From positions 32,001 to 96,000 of the IMG/VR virus record IMGVR_UViG_3300027782_000037: 64,000 nt of DNA; one strand, written 5' to 3'. Below are positions 1 through 8,634 of this stretch, piece after piece; position 1 is the first letter of the stretch; every line of letters starts with the position of its first letter. A model generated the notes under the pieces. That model was given only the letters and a program-made list of their open reading frames with translations, had not been told where the DNA came from and made no database searches. Position numbers and translations under genes: made by a program. This DNA is from a virus.

Positions 1-1060
1 TAACATAATTGGTCGATTCATTTTCCTGCAATGCTGTTTGTTTGTTCGATGGATTACTATGTTTGGTGAACCATGGGATAGGGGTCGTTCTTGGCGCTGT
101 GCCTTGATACTTGATACCAATATCCTTTAGTGCTGCTACGGCAGTAAAGTCAACAAAGTCTTTTAGAATATTAGCATTGAGTCCAATAACCGGACCTTTG
201 TTAAACAAATAGTCTGCCCATTCTTTTTCTTCTCGAATAACATCTAGGTATATTTGATATACCTCGGCTTCACACTCACCCTTAATGCTGGCAAACCTAG
301 CATCTTCCTTGACAACTTGATTGATAATCCAAGCTGTCCATTCTTTGTGTAAGATTTCGTCTTGTAAAATTAAGCTGATAATATTACCATTGCCAATGAA
401 GATACGGTTCTCAACCATTGCCAAACTTGTGGCAAATGAAACCATGAAGCGAAATGCTTCAAGAGCGTAACTAGCATGTAGTGCTAACCAAATTGCTTTG
501 ATATGTTCTCTTTCATCAACAGCATATCCATTATCATTTAGCTCTTTGCGACAATTTAATCTGTGTAGATAGTCGTAGTATTTTCCAATACTTGCCGCCA
601 TGCTAATAATTTCTTGTGTATCGTGAATAGTGTTAAACACATCCTTTGGTACATTATAGATATTGCGAATAATATGGCTATACGAACGACTGTGAATGTT
701 TGTTTCAAAGAATCCCCAGTTGTACATCAGTGCTTCAAGTTCAGGAATACTACACACAGGTGTAAACACTTGCGTGGGACCGCGGCCTTGTACACTATCT
801 AATGCTGTTTGTCGCAATAAGTTACTGGTGAAGATATGTTTAACAGTATCACTAGCGTCTTTAAAATCTCCTGCGTCTTTAGTTAAAGAAATTTCCTCCG
901 GAATCCAAAAGAATCCTCTGGCTTCGGCATCAAATTTTGTTAGTTTAGGATAACGAACCTCCTCAAATCTTTGCACCGTAACAGGTCCAGCTGGATCTAA
1001 AAACATCTTACGACTGAGGTAATCTGTCTTGGTACTTAAATTATATTGCGCTTTGCTCAT
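1..1060 (-). CDS. nrdB: Ribonucleotide reductase class Ia beta subunit (3' end runs off the window; absent from the ORF track)
   Basis: Manual translation from ATG at 1060: MSKAQYNLSTKTDYLSRKMFLDPAGPVTVQRFEEVRYP...FFWIPEEISL...TALDSVQGR...FFETNIHSRSYSHII...LEAFRFMVSF...QDEILH...LQENESTNYV. Di-iron ligands and radical Tyr present; lies directly after nrdA. Confidence 0.95.
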   Translation of the reverse strand, partial: MSKAQYNLSTKTDYLSRKMFLDPAGPVTVQRFEEVRYPKLTKFDAEARGFFWIPEEISLTKDAGDFKDASDTVKHIFTSNLLRQTALDSVQGRGPTQVFTPVCSIPELEALMYNWGFFETNIHSRSYSHIIRNIYNVPKDVFNTIHDTQEIISMAASIGKYYDYLHRLNCRKELNDNGYAVDEREHIKAIWLALHASYALEAFRFMVSFATSLAMVENRIFIGNGNIISLILQDEILHKEWTAWIINQVVKEDARFASIKGECEAEVYQIYLDVIREEKEWADYLFNKGPVIGLNANILKDFVDFTAVAALKDIGIKYQGTAPRTTPIPWFTKHSNPSNKQTALQENESTNYV

Positions 1061-1101
1061 TAATATTTTCCTGTTATAAGGTCTGGTTGTTTTTCTAACA
1101 T
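1060..1101 (-). CDS. 13-aa mini-ORF (MLEKQPDLITGKY) between nrdA and nrdB; possible gene remnant or coupling peptide
   Basis: SD-like AAGGA overlapping the nrdA stop, ATG at 1101, TAA overlapping the nrdB ATG (TAATG). Confidence 0.5.
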   Translation of the reverse strand: MLEKQPDLITGKY

Positions 1102-1110
1102 TATCTATCC

Positions 1111-3438
1111 TTAAAGTTTACAGGATTCGCATGATTCTTCATCATCAAAATCAATCTGTTCAAGTGGCATATCTGGTAGTGGTCCTTCTGATTTAGACTT
1201 TGATCCTTGCTTGTTAATCAAACTATAGTATAATGTTTTCAAACCCCAGTAATGCGCCAACATTAAATTTTTAGCAATTAAGGTAGCAGGAACTTTACGT
1301 CCTTCAAAATGTGCAGGATTGTAAGGGGTATTAGTTGAAAGACTTTGATCAGCATAGGCACCGATAACTGCTGCTGTTTTCAAATAGCCAACACAGTCTT
1401 TTTGATCCCACATTAACTGATACTTAGTCTTAAGTCTATTGTATTCTGGTACTACTTGAATCAAACTTCCAGCTTTACTTTCCTTAACAGTGATCAAACT
1501 CATTGGCATTTCAATGCCGTTTGTACTGTTAATAACGACGGAACTACTTTCAACAGGAGCGACTGCCATTAGTGTAGCATTACGCACCCCGTATTGTTTC
1601 ATGTTGGTGCGTAATGTTTCCCAATCTAATTCAGGAGTGAAATCTGTTAAATCATTAACTCCGGTAGCACGAAGTTCCCATGGAAATATACCTTGTCCAT
1701 ATCGTGTTTTACTACTGTGTGTACATGCACCACGCTCTTTGGCTAGTTCAACAGTAGCTTCTGTTAGATAAAATGCTTGATGTTCCATCCATGTTTTAAC
1801 TTCTTGTAACGCATCGGCTTCACCGTATTTCAATCCACGTTTAGCATGCCAGTATGCAAGATTAGTAATACCAATACCTAGCGGCTGTATCTCGTCATTG
1901 CTTAGTTTACTTTGTATGCTTAGGAAATCTTGATAGTCAAGAATGTTACATAGACTACGCTGTAGTATGCGAGCAGCACGGCGCATATCTTCTGGATTAC
2001 GGAAAGCACCCCAGTTAAGACTACCAAGAGTACAAAGAGCGATTCGGCCTTTATCATCATCTAATCTAGCAAATGATAAAGTTGGTAATAAAATCTCCAT
2101 ACAAAGATTGCTTTGATATATGGTATGAAATTCAGGATCAAATGGTCCTTGATTCTGAACATTGTCAGTGAACATAAGATAGATTCGACCGGTATCTGTG
2201 CGCTCTTTTAATATGCCGCCTTTGAATACATCTTCAGCAGCCATAGTTTTAGTTTTTAAACCTTTTTTCTTTTCGTACTTAACATAAAGTTCTTCAAATA
2301 GTTCGGTATCTTTATAGAAAGCTTCATACAAATCTGGCACTTCATTGGGATCAAAGAAGGTTATGTTTTCTTTATTTTTGAATCTTCTCCAGAAGAAAGC
2401 ACTAAGCACAACCCCATAATCCATATGACGGACTCGGGTTTCCTCGGTTCCTTGGTTGTTCTTAAGTACGATAAGATCATCAAACTGATAATGCCAAATG
2501 GGATAAAATACTGTAGCACTAGCATTGCGGATACCTCCTTGTGAACATGATCGCAAATCTCCAAACCATTTCTTAAGAAATGGTATCATACCGGTATGAG
2601 TGACTTCACCACCGCGTATGGGACTACCAAGTGGGCGTAATCTTCCAATCTCAAGACCTATGCCGGCACGTTTGGCGGCATACTTGGCCATCATTTCCCC
2701 CGAAGCAAAGATGCTATCCAAGTTGTCATCGCTACGAATAAGGACGCAGCTACTAAACTGCTTAGTAGGAGTACCCAACCCAGCAAGGACAGGAGTAGCA
2801 AGAGTAAAGAGGCCATCAGATGCAGCATTATAATATTCCTTAATGTATTTCATACGAGCCGAGTTGGGCTCTTCTTTATGAAAGACTGTTGCCGACGCAA
2901 CCATGTAACGAATTTGTGGTGTTTCGTAAATTTCTTTTGTAGCACGATTTTTAACTAGATACTTTTCAATAAGTTGTTCGATTGCAGCATATCCATACTG
3001 CTCATCTTTTGAATGATCAATAATGTCATTCATTCGATTCCAGTCTTCTTCAGTATACCATTCTAAAAGTTCAGCAGTATAAAAACCAGACGCAACATTT
3101 TTCTTTACAATTTCATATAAGTGCGGCGGCTCATACTTACCATATACTGTTTTTCTAAGCATTGATAATCGCTGTTTGCCGGCAACATATTGATAGTTAG
3201 TATGCCCTACGTCTGGATTGGAACCTACATCAATTAAGTCTACTATTGCGCGAAGTGTGATGCCATCAATTTCTTCGGTAGTTATGCCATCGTAGAAATG
3301 TAACTGAGCTTTAATTTCAACCATTGACTGACTGACATCAGCTATACCTTTACAAATTTTTGCTATTTGCGCTTGCCATTTTTCTATTTGCAATGGCTCT
3401 CTATCGCCATTACGTTTTACAACTGTAATCTTTGTCAT
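1111..3438 (-). CDS. nrdA: Ribonucleotide reductase class Ia alpha subunit
   Basis: N-terminal ATP cone (VVKRNGDRE), FSSCVL, QSNLCMEI, ALCTLG, TLYYS and C-terminal CESCKL. Confidence 0.97.
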   Translation of the reverse strand: MTKITVVKRNGDREPLQIEKWQAQIAKICKGIADVSQSMVEIKAQLHFYDGITTEEIDGITLRAIVDLIDVGSNPDVGHTNYQYVAGKQRLSMLRKTVYGKYEPPHLYEIVKKNVASGFYTAELLEWYTEEDWNRMNDIIDHSKDEQYGYAAIEQLIEKYLVKNRATKEIYETPQIRYMVASATVFHKEEPNSARMKYIKEYYNAASDGLFTLATPVLAGLGTPTKQFSSCVLIRSDDNLDSIFASGEMMAKYAAKRAGIGLEIGRLRPLGSPIRGGEVTHTGMIPFLKKWFGDLRSCSQGGIRNASATVFYPIWHYQFDDLIVLKNNQGTEETRVRHMDYGVVLSAFFWRRFKNKENITFFDPNEVPDLYEAFYKDTELFEELYVKYEKKKGLKTKTMAAEDVFKGGILKERTDTGRIYLMFTDNVQNQGPFDPEFHTIYQSNLCMEILLPTLSFARLDDDKGRIALCTLGSLNWGAFRNPEDMRRAARILQRSLCNILDYQDFLSIQSKLSNDEIQPLGIGITNLAYWHAKRGLKYGEADALQEVKTWMEHQAFYLTEATVELAKERGACTHSSKTRYGQGIFPWELRATGVNDLTDFTPELDWETLRTNMKQYGVRNATLMAVAPVESSSVVINSTNGIEMPMSLITVKESKAGSLIQVVPEYNRLKTKYQLMWDQKDCVGYLKTAAVIGAYADQSLSTNTPYNPAHFEGRKVPATLIAKNLMLAHYWGLKTLYYSLINKQGSKSKSEGPLPDMPLEQIDFDDEESCESCKL

Positions 3439-3472
3439 TCTTTCTCTTTTGTTTTGTGTACTACTTATACCA

Positions 3473-3883
3473 CTATATGCTGGGTTTGATAAATTTGTTC
3501 TTCACTTTTTGTGATAACGGAGTATTTACTATAACTTCCGTTCCCCAATTAAGTGTATATTTTTCTTTGTTAACCAATACTAAATTACGGTCGTCATCCG
3601 TTAAAACGAGCTCTGCAGATATCAAATCTGCATGGTCCACTAAAGTTATAGTATACAGTATTCCCAGTCCGCGAGCAAGATCACAGTACGTGTTGTCACT
3701 CAAAAGCTGCCAGGGGTCGGGCCAAGTTTCACGGTCGTCCCAGTGAAGATAATACCCAGTCCATGGAGCCTGATACCACCAATTACTAATCGTCTGGAGA
3801 GCTTGTTCCAGCGACATTGATTGAACTTCTTTACGAAGGTCAGCCCATGCGGTTAGTCTGTCAGAAAAATCCTTATGCCACAT
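3473..3883 (-). CDS. Hypothetical protein, possibly transglutaminase-like cysteine protease (BTLCP/LapG) fold
   Basis: WPDPWQLLSDNTYCDLARGLGILYTI loosely resembles the W-x-TP...GDCEDYAIAKY.TL motif; coupled to the upstream gene by TAATG. Confidence 0.35.
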   Translation of the reverse strand: MWHKDFSDRLTAWADLRKEVQSMSLEQALQTISNWWYQAPWTGYYLHWDDRETWPDPWQLLSDNTYCDLARGLGILYTITLVDHADLISAELVLTDDDRNLVLVNKEKYTLNWGTEVIVNTPLSQKVKNKFIKPSI

Positions 3884-5691
3884 TAACTAAAATAACTGAT
3901 TGAGTAACTCATTTGAGATGCTGCGTTTGCTGTAGAAACATATTGTAACGATACACTTTGTCCCACTTGTATAGCTGATAATATAACACTTAAATCTTCA
4001 TTTTCAGTATAATCATCTGTATAATTAGGAGTATACTGAGTGATTACACCGCCACTAGAATATGCGTTAGCGTAAGTACTAGAGTAACTTACTGAACTTG
4101 TGCTAGGAGCAGGTGTATTACCAACTATATATGTTCCATTATATCCAGACGGAACTATTTCTGTTACCACAATTGTGCTGCTTATAGGAAAGGTAACGCT
4201 AGATCCAGAGGTAAATGATAGTGTTGAAACAGAGCCATTGCCAGTAGCACCGGTTACGTTTCCAATAGTTGGTGTGCTTGCTTTAGAAACAAATATTGTC
4301 CCAGTTCTAAATAAGGTAGAACTTTGTACTATTGAGTAATCTACTTTAAAACTCAATATACTAGTACCAACAGTTAATATTGTATCGGTGGAGTTTGCTG
4401 ATAATGTTGTTACTAATCCAGACTGAACTGTTTTTGATCCTAGCTGTATTTGTGATCCATTTGTTGTGGCAATACTTACTGAGGTTCCCAATGATATTCT
4501 GGGGTACTGAGCAGCAAATGCGTCTGATCTTTCAAACATATCACCAACACTGGCATTGTTGTCACCTATTATGCTAATTACTGATTGCTGCGGGCTTGCC
4601 GTTCCGGCAAAATGATTGGCAACGTCATAAAAAATATTGTATCCACTTATATTAAGTGATACCTCTCCAAAAGTAATACCAAAACTGTAAATGTTATCAA
4701 ACACGTTATTAGTAATGCGAGTTCCTGTTGGTCCACCACTGTCACCAAGAGCTAGTGTAACTCCTTGATACAAGATATTAAAATTACTATTGGTAACTAC
4801 TATGCCTTTTGATACATAGTTGGCACTAACACCATAAGTTGTACCGCTAAACCTACATCCATCAAATACAACGTCGGTTGTGGTTACCATGTCACTTGAC
4901 AATAATACGCACGAAGTATCGGCTATAGAAGATGTTAATGTCGAGGTAGTACCAACACTATAAAATCCCACACTCTGAAATTGACTATTAGTAGTAGAGT
5001 CAACTAAAAATATATTCATGGAATCATCTAAACTTTGAAACGCCATATTAGCGATAGTGATATCAGTTGGAGGAGTTGCTCCACCATTGCCAATATTAGC
5101 TCCTGTTTGTTGCAAACTATCAGCAGTTTGTGCTACACAAGTAGTTCCAACAGCACTACCTGTTGCTACCATTTGAATAATAGAATTGTCAGGACCTTCG
5201 CCATATAATGTAGCATACGGAGGAATATTTATAGTACCTGAAATAATATAAACTCCGGCTGGAAAGAATAGACTACGCCGAATTTGTGGATTGGCTTGTA
5301 TACAATATAATTGATTTAACGCACGATTAATGGCAGCAGTGTCATCAGTAAGTCCATCACCTTTTGCGCCGAAATCCAATACAGAAGCAAATTGATCTAA
5401 CCAGTTCTGTAAACTTAGCGTAACAGGGGTACCGGGTGTAGGGCCAGTTTGCACAGTGTAACCTGCTGCTGTTCCCTTATATGTGTAACTGGCACCTAAA
5501 TTTAGAATATCAGAAAACTCTGTTAAAATTTCAGTATTTCCGATAACAGGGGCACCTTCTGCTAACGTACCATTACCAATATAAAGCTGACGTGTATCAG
5601 TAGACCAACCCAACTCAGCGCCGGCTAATTGAGGAAGATCCGCATTTAATCCTAAACGGTTGGTGATCTGAGAGATTTGAACGATTGCCAT
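3883..5691 (-). CDS. Tailspike or tail-fibre protein with pectate-lyase-3-type beta-helix
   Basis: N-terminal anchor (LPQLAGAELGWSTDTRQLYIGNG), SVLDFGAKGDGLTDDTAAINRAL, FFPAGVYII and beta-helix repeats; TAAATA and SD upstream. Confidence 0.8.
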   Translation of the reverse strand: MAIVQISQITNRLGLNADLPQLAGAELGWSTDTRQLYIGNGTLAEGAPVIGNTEILTEFSDILNLGASYTYKGTAAGYTVQTGPTPGTPVTLSLQNWLDQFASVLDFGAKGDGLTDDTAAINRALNQLYCIQANPQIRRSLFFPAGVYIISGTINIPPYATLYGEGPDNSIIQMVATGSAVGTTCVAQTADSLQQTGANIGNGGATPPTDITIANMAFQSLDDSMNIFLVDSTTNSQFQSVGFYSVGTTSTLTSSIADTSCVLLSSDMVTTTDVVFDGCRFSGTTYGVSANYVSKGIVVTNSNFNILYQGVTLALGDSGGPTGTRITNNVFDNIYSFGITFGEVSLNISGYNIFYDVANHFAGTASPQQSVISIIGDNNASVGDMFERSDAFAAQYPRISLGTSVSIATTNGSQIQLGSKTVQSGLVTTLSANSTDTILTVGTSILSFKVDYSIVQSSTLFRTGTIFVSKASTPTIGNVTGATGNGSVSTLSFTSGSSVTFPISSTIVVTEIVPSGYNGTYIVGNTPAPSTSSVSYSSTYANAYSSGGVITQYTPNYTDDYTENEDLSVILSAIQVGQSVSLQYVSTANAASQMSYSISYFS

Positions 5692-5717
5692 TTACTTGAT
5701 TCCTTAGTATCTAGTAT

Positions 5718-6437
5718 TTAGTTAATCGTGTAATAGAGCTCCAATCGTCGCCACCATACCTGTTCCCAGCGATCAAAGTCTTTGGGGTCCAGTATAAATT
5801 CCTGATATTGTGGGCGTTCTAACGGTTCCATGGTAGTGGGATCTACAGTGGGTTTTACACACATTAGTACTACACCTTTACGGATTTTTGTTCCGTAAAC
5901 CTCGTTGTGTGCCAGAGCATACGCCACTAGCTGTATGAAATAATCATCAATCCACTCTATTTTTTTGGGTTTATTTGTCTGTTTGTAGTCAAGTATACTT
6001 TCATCGCCCAGGTGTATACCACATCCATCTGTAGTACCGGCATACAATTGTGGGAAATATAAGGGAATTTCTACTCCCCAAATTTCATTGACGTTTTTAA
6101 GTCCATCTTCAATAACAGTCTGTGCCATTTTATGGCTTGCCCAACTGTAGGGATTAGATCCCCGTTCGCTTATTACACCATTGCGTATGTAATCTTCAAG
6201 ATATTTGTGCATCCTGGTACCGCGATTAGCAGCTTCTGTAGTAATAGCTTGGGCACGTTCTGTGCCTATGGAATTGCGCCAATTTTGTAGGGCTTGCTTT
6301 TTTTCTGCTGGCTGAGTGGCACTAAGAACTGTTGTTACCGAAGGGACTCGTCGTCCGTCTGGAGTTTGATAAAGTCTTTTTCCGGATTCATCAGTAGTTC
6401 GTGATAGGTCTTTATAATCAAATTTAGGTATATACAT
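5718..6437 (-). CDS. PD-(D/E)xK exonuclease (RecB/MGME1-like)
   Basis: PSVTTVLS, RGTRMHKYLE, YAGTTDG, ILDYKQ and QLVAY motifs. Confidence 0.85.
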   Translation of the reverse strand: MYIPKFDYKDLSRTTDESGKRLYQTPDGRRVPSVTTVLSATQPAEKKQALQNWRNSIGTERAQAITTEAANRGTRMHKYLEDYIRNGVISERGSNPYSWASHKMAQTVIEDGLKNVNEIWGVEIPLYFPQLYAGTTDGCGIHLGDESILDYKQTNKPKKIEWIDDYFIQLVAYALAHNEVYGTKIRKGVVLMCVKPTVDPTTMEPLERPQYQEFILDPKDFDRWEQVWWRRLELYYTIN

Positions 6438-6443
6438 TATACT

Positions 6444-6472
6444 AGTATAACTTAGTGGAAAACAACCATCAA
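6444..6472 (-). promoter_or_regulatory. Sigma70-type promoter, predicted leaderless, for the exonuclease
   Basis: TTGATG-17 nt-TATACT-6 nt-ATG(6437); no SD. Confidence 0.7.
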
Positions 6473-6473
6473 G

Positions 6474-6800
6474 TTATATGGTGAAACTTTCTCCGCAACC
6501 GCAACGGGCTGCTTCTTTGGGATTGATAAAATCAAAGCCTTCGTTAAGACCTTTGCGTACCCAATCCATTTTCATACCTGCTAGATAGGGCATGTCTTTT
6601 GGGTTAACCCAAATGTCGACTCCATGACAGTTGTAGTTGTCATAGTCTTGTACTGTATGTAGCTGATCTACGTATTCTAATTTGTATGCCAATCCACTGC
6701 ACCCAGTGGTACGAACACCAATTAATAAACCAAGCCCAGTAGGTCTCTGTGCAAGATTAAATTTAACTTTGTTTGCTGCCGCTTCTGTTAATGTTATCAT
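6474..6800 (-). CDS. iscA: A-type Fe-S cluster carrier IscA (HesB family)
   Basis: MITLTEAAA, RTTGCSGLAY, GLNEGFDFINP, CGCGESF. Confidence 0.95.
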   Translation of the reverse strand: MITLTEAAANKVKFNLAQRPTGLGLLIGVRTTGCSGLAYKLEYVDQLHTVQDYDNYNCHGVDIWVNPKDMPYLAGMKMDWVRKGLNEGFDFINPKEAARCGCGESFTI

Positions 6801-7288
6801 CGTTTTGCCTTTTTAGCTGCCATCATAAATTTTAAATCACTTACGTAATCTTTAAATACTTTTCCATCTAAGTGATCTATTTCGTGTAGGAAACATTTAG
6901 CATCAAGTTCACTGAATACGGTACTGTGTTCCTTGCCTTGTATATCTTGCCATCGAGCATACACAAACTTGGGTCTAGCGACAGTTAATTCAACTCGAGG
7001 AAAACTTAAACAACCTTCTCTATGTTCCCACAGATCTTCGGATAATTTACTTACCGCAGGATTTACCAGCACTAACTGTTGGCCAGCATATACACCGTTT
7101 TGCACATTCATCGCTATAGCACGATATGTGACGCCTATTTGATTTGCAGCAAGCCCCAGCGCCATCTGACTATTCATAGTGTCAAGAAGATCTTGACTTA
7201 TGTTTTCAACTGGCGGATTGTTAAAGTCCCACGGTTGGCACGGTTGTAGTAGTATGGGGTCCGGCCATCTCTTGATTGGTAGTATCAT
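6797..7288 (-). CDS. def: Peptide deformylase
   Basis: GLAANQIG, EGCLS and HEIDHLDG motifs. Confidence 0.96.
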   Translation of the reverse strand: MILPIKRWPDPILLQPCQPWDFNNPPVENISQDLLDTMNSQMALGLAANQIGVTYRAIAMNVQNGVYAGQQLVLVNPAVSKLSEDLWEHREGCLSFPRVELTVARPKFVYARWQDIQGKEHSTVFSELDAKCFLHEIDHLDGKVFKDYVSDLKFMMAAKKAKR

Positions 7289-7658
7289 GTTTGCTTATAT
7301 AATCTTTTACTGCTGCTTTGATCGCATCTTCTGCGAGAATTGAGCAATGGATCTTAACGGGCGGAAGTGCCAATTCTGCGGCAATGTCTGTATTTCTAAT
7401 TCGTCCAGCATCCGCAAGAGATTTTCCTTTGACCCACTCAGTGACCAGCGATGAACTTGCAATTGCTGATCCGCAACCATATGTTTTGAAACGTGCGTCC
7501 GTAATAATGCCATTCGTCACCTTTATTTGTAACTTCATCACATCTCCACATGCAGGTGCTCCCACCATGCCTGTGCCAACGTCATCATCATCTTTAGCAA
7601 AGGACCCTACGTTTCGGGGGTTCTCATAATGATCTAGTACTTTTTCGCCGTAAGCCAT
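7221..7658 (-). CDS. iscU: Fe-S scaffold protein IscU with an approximately 20-aa C-terminal extension overlapping def
   Basis: VLDHYENPRNVGS, GAPACGDVMKLQI, FKTYGCGSAIAS, LPPVKIHCS; all cluster ligands present. Confidence 0.97.
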   Translation of the reverse strand: MAYGEKVLDHYENPRNVGSFAKDDDDVGTGMVGAPACGDVMKLQIKVTNGIITDARFKTYGCGSAIASSSLVTEWVKGKSLADAGRIRNTDIAAELALPPVKIHCSILAEDAIKAAVKDYISKHDTTNQEMAGPHTTTTVPTVGL

Positions 7659-7667
7659 ATAACTTTT

Positions 7668-7784
7668 TTATTTACCTTTAATTAATCCAGCAAGTTTTGC
7701 TTGTATGCTTTTAGCAAAGTCTGGTTGTGGGAAATTCCATCCAATAAATGCGCCTACTGCAAGCCATAATAATGTTTCAAACAT
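7668..7784 (-). CDS. 38-aa small membrane protein (MFETLLWLAVGAFIGWNFPQPDFAKSIQAKLAGLIKGK), below the ORF-track cutoff
   Basis: Strong SD AGGAGA 6 nt before ATG(7784); hydrophobic N-terminus and basic tail; fills the intergenic gap. Confidence 0.8.
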   Translation of the reverse strand: MFETLLWLAVGAFIGWNFPQPDFAKSIQAKLAGLIKGK

Positions 7785-7824
7785 GATAACTCTCCTTTTG
7801 TATTACTGTTGTACTTATACTTGA

Positions 7825-8181
7825 TTAATTTGGTACCAATATAGTAACATAACAGTTACAATTTGCATCTAAGATTTGTTCGTGATGATATCCATAGGGA
7901 GGCATAGGAGGAGGGGTATATACTGGGTTGGGCTGCACATACACAGGGGCTGGGGCATAGTACGGTGCCGCCGCCGCTGCGCCAACGAGTCCACCTATAA
8001 TTAATCCACCGATAGCAGGGGCGACCCATCCGCCTCGATAACCACCACCATTATAGCTATAACTATTGTAGTTATTATGGCCACCTCGATAGCCTCCATT
8101 TCCACCGTTGCGGTATCCATGTTGAGCCAAAGCTGAAGTTGCTGTAATTGAAAGTAATACCGTTAGGATAAGTTTTTTCAT
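7825..8181 (-). CDS. Secreted Gly/Tyr/Pro-rich protein
   Basis: Sec signal peptide MKKLILTVLLSITATSALA, GGY repeats, a glycine-zipper-like segment and PVYVQP repeats; SD GGAG. Confidence 0.75.
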   Translation of the reverse strand: MKKLILTVLLSITATSALAQHGYRNGGNGGYRGGHNNYNSYSYNGGGYRGGWVAPAIGGLIIGGLVGAAAAAPYYAPAPVYVQPNPVYTPPPMPPYGYHHEQILDANCNCYVTILVPN

Positions 8182-8212
8182 GTTAAAACTCCATTAAGTG
8201 AACGACAAGTTA

Positions 8213-8241
8213 ATTATATTTAGTTTTTAATTAATTGTCAA
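8213..8241 (-). promoter_or_regulatory. Perfect-consensus sigma70 promoter overlapping a late-type TAAATA
   Basis: TTGACA-ATTAATTAAAAACTAAA(17 nt)-TATAAT. Confidence 0.85.
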
Positions 8242-8259
8242 GTAGTTTAGCTGAATTAT

Positions 8260-8634
8260 TTACTTTAGGTTACTGGGCATTGCGGATTTGGCATTTTGTG
8301 CTACGATGTTTTGGGCATTGTTCACCGGCATTGTAGTATCCCCGGTGTCGTTATTACCTTTAAATTTAATAATTTTCGAACCTGGTTCGTATGGTAATAG
8401 TAAATTGCTTAATGGTGGACTAGCAGTTAGTGCGGCAATTTCTTCATCATCTGCATCATTATTGGGATCGATATCAAGATCGAGCCCAAGATTTTTTGCT
8501 GCATTGACGAATGCCCCCACCGATATTTCTTTTTTTGCATTAGTATCGTTAGCCCGACCTGATAGGAATTGTACCAAAGCCATTAGCTTGGTATGATCAA
8601 GAGGGGCAGAGTTTTCTACTTCAAAAATTAGCAT
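8260..8634 (-). CDS. Hypothetical protein, probably virion-associated
   Basis: 124 aa; N-terminus MLIFEVE; coupled to the upstream gene by TAATG. Confidence 0.6.
   Translation of the reverse strand: MLIFEVENSAPLDHTKLMALVQFLSGRANDTNAKKEISVGAFVNAAKNLGLDLDIDPNNDADDEEIAALTASPPLSNLLLPYEPGSKIIKFKGNNDTGDTTMPVNNAQNIVAQNAKSAMPSNLK

Noticed and set aside
5718-6437. Cas4-like nuclease implying a CRISPR or Fe-S link with neighbouring iscA/iscU
   Set aside because: It lacks the four-Cys Fe-S motif of Cas4 and fits a stand-alone PD-(D/E)xK exonuclease.
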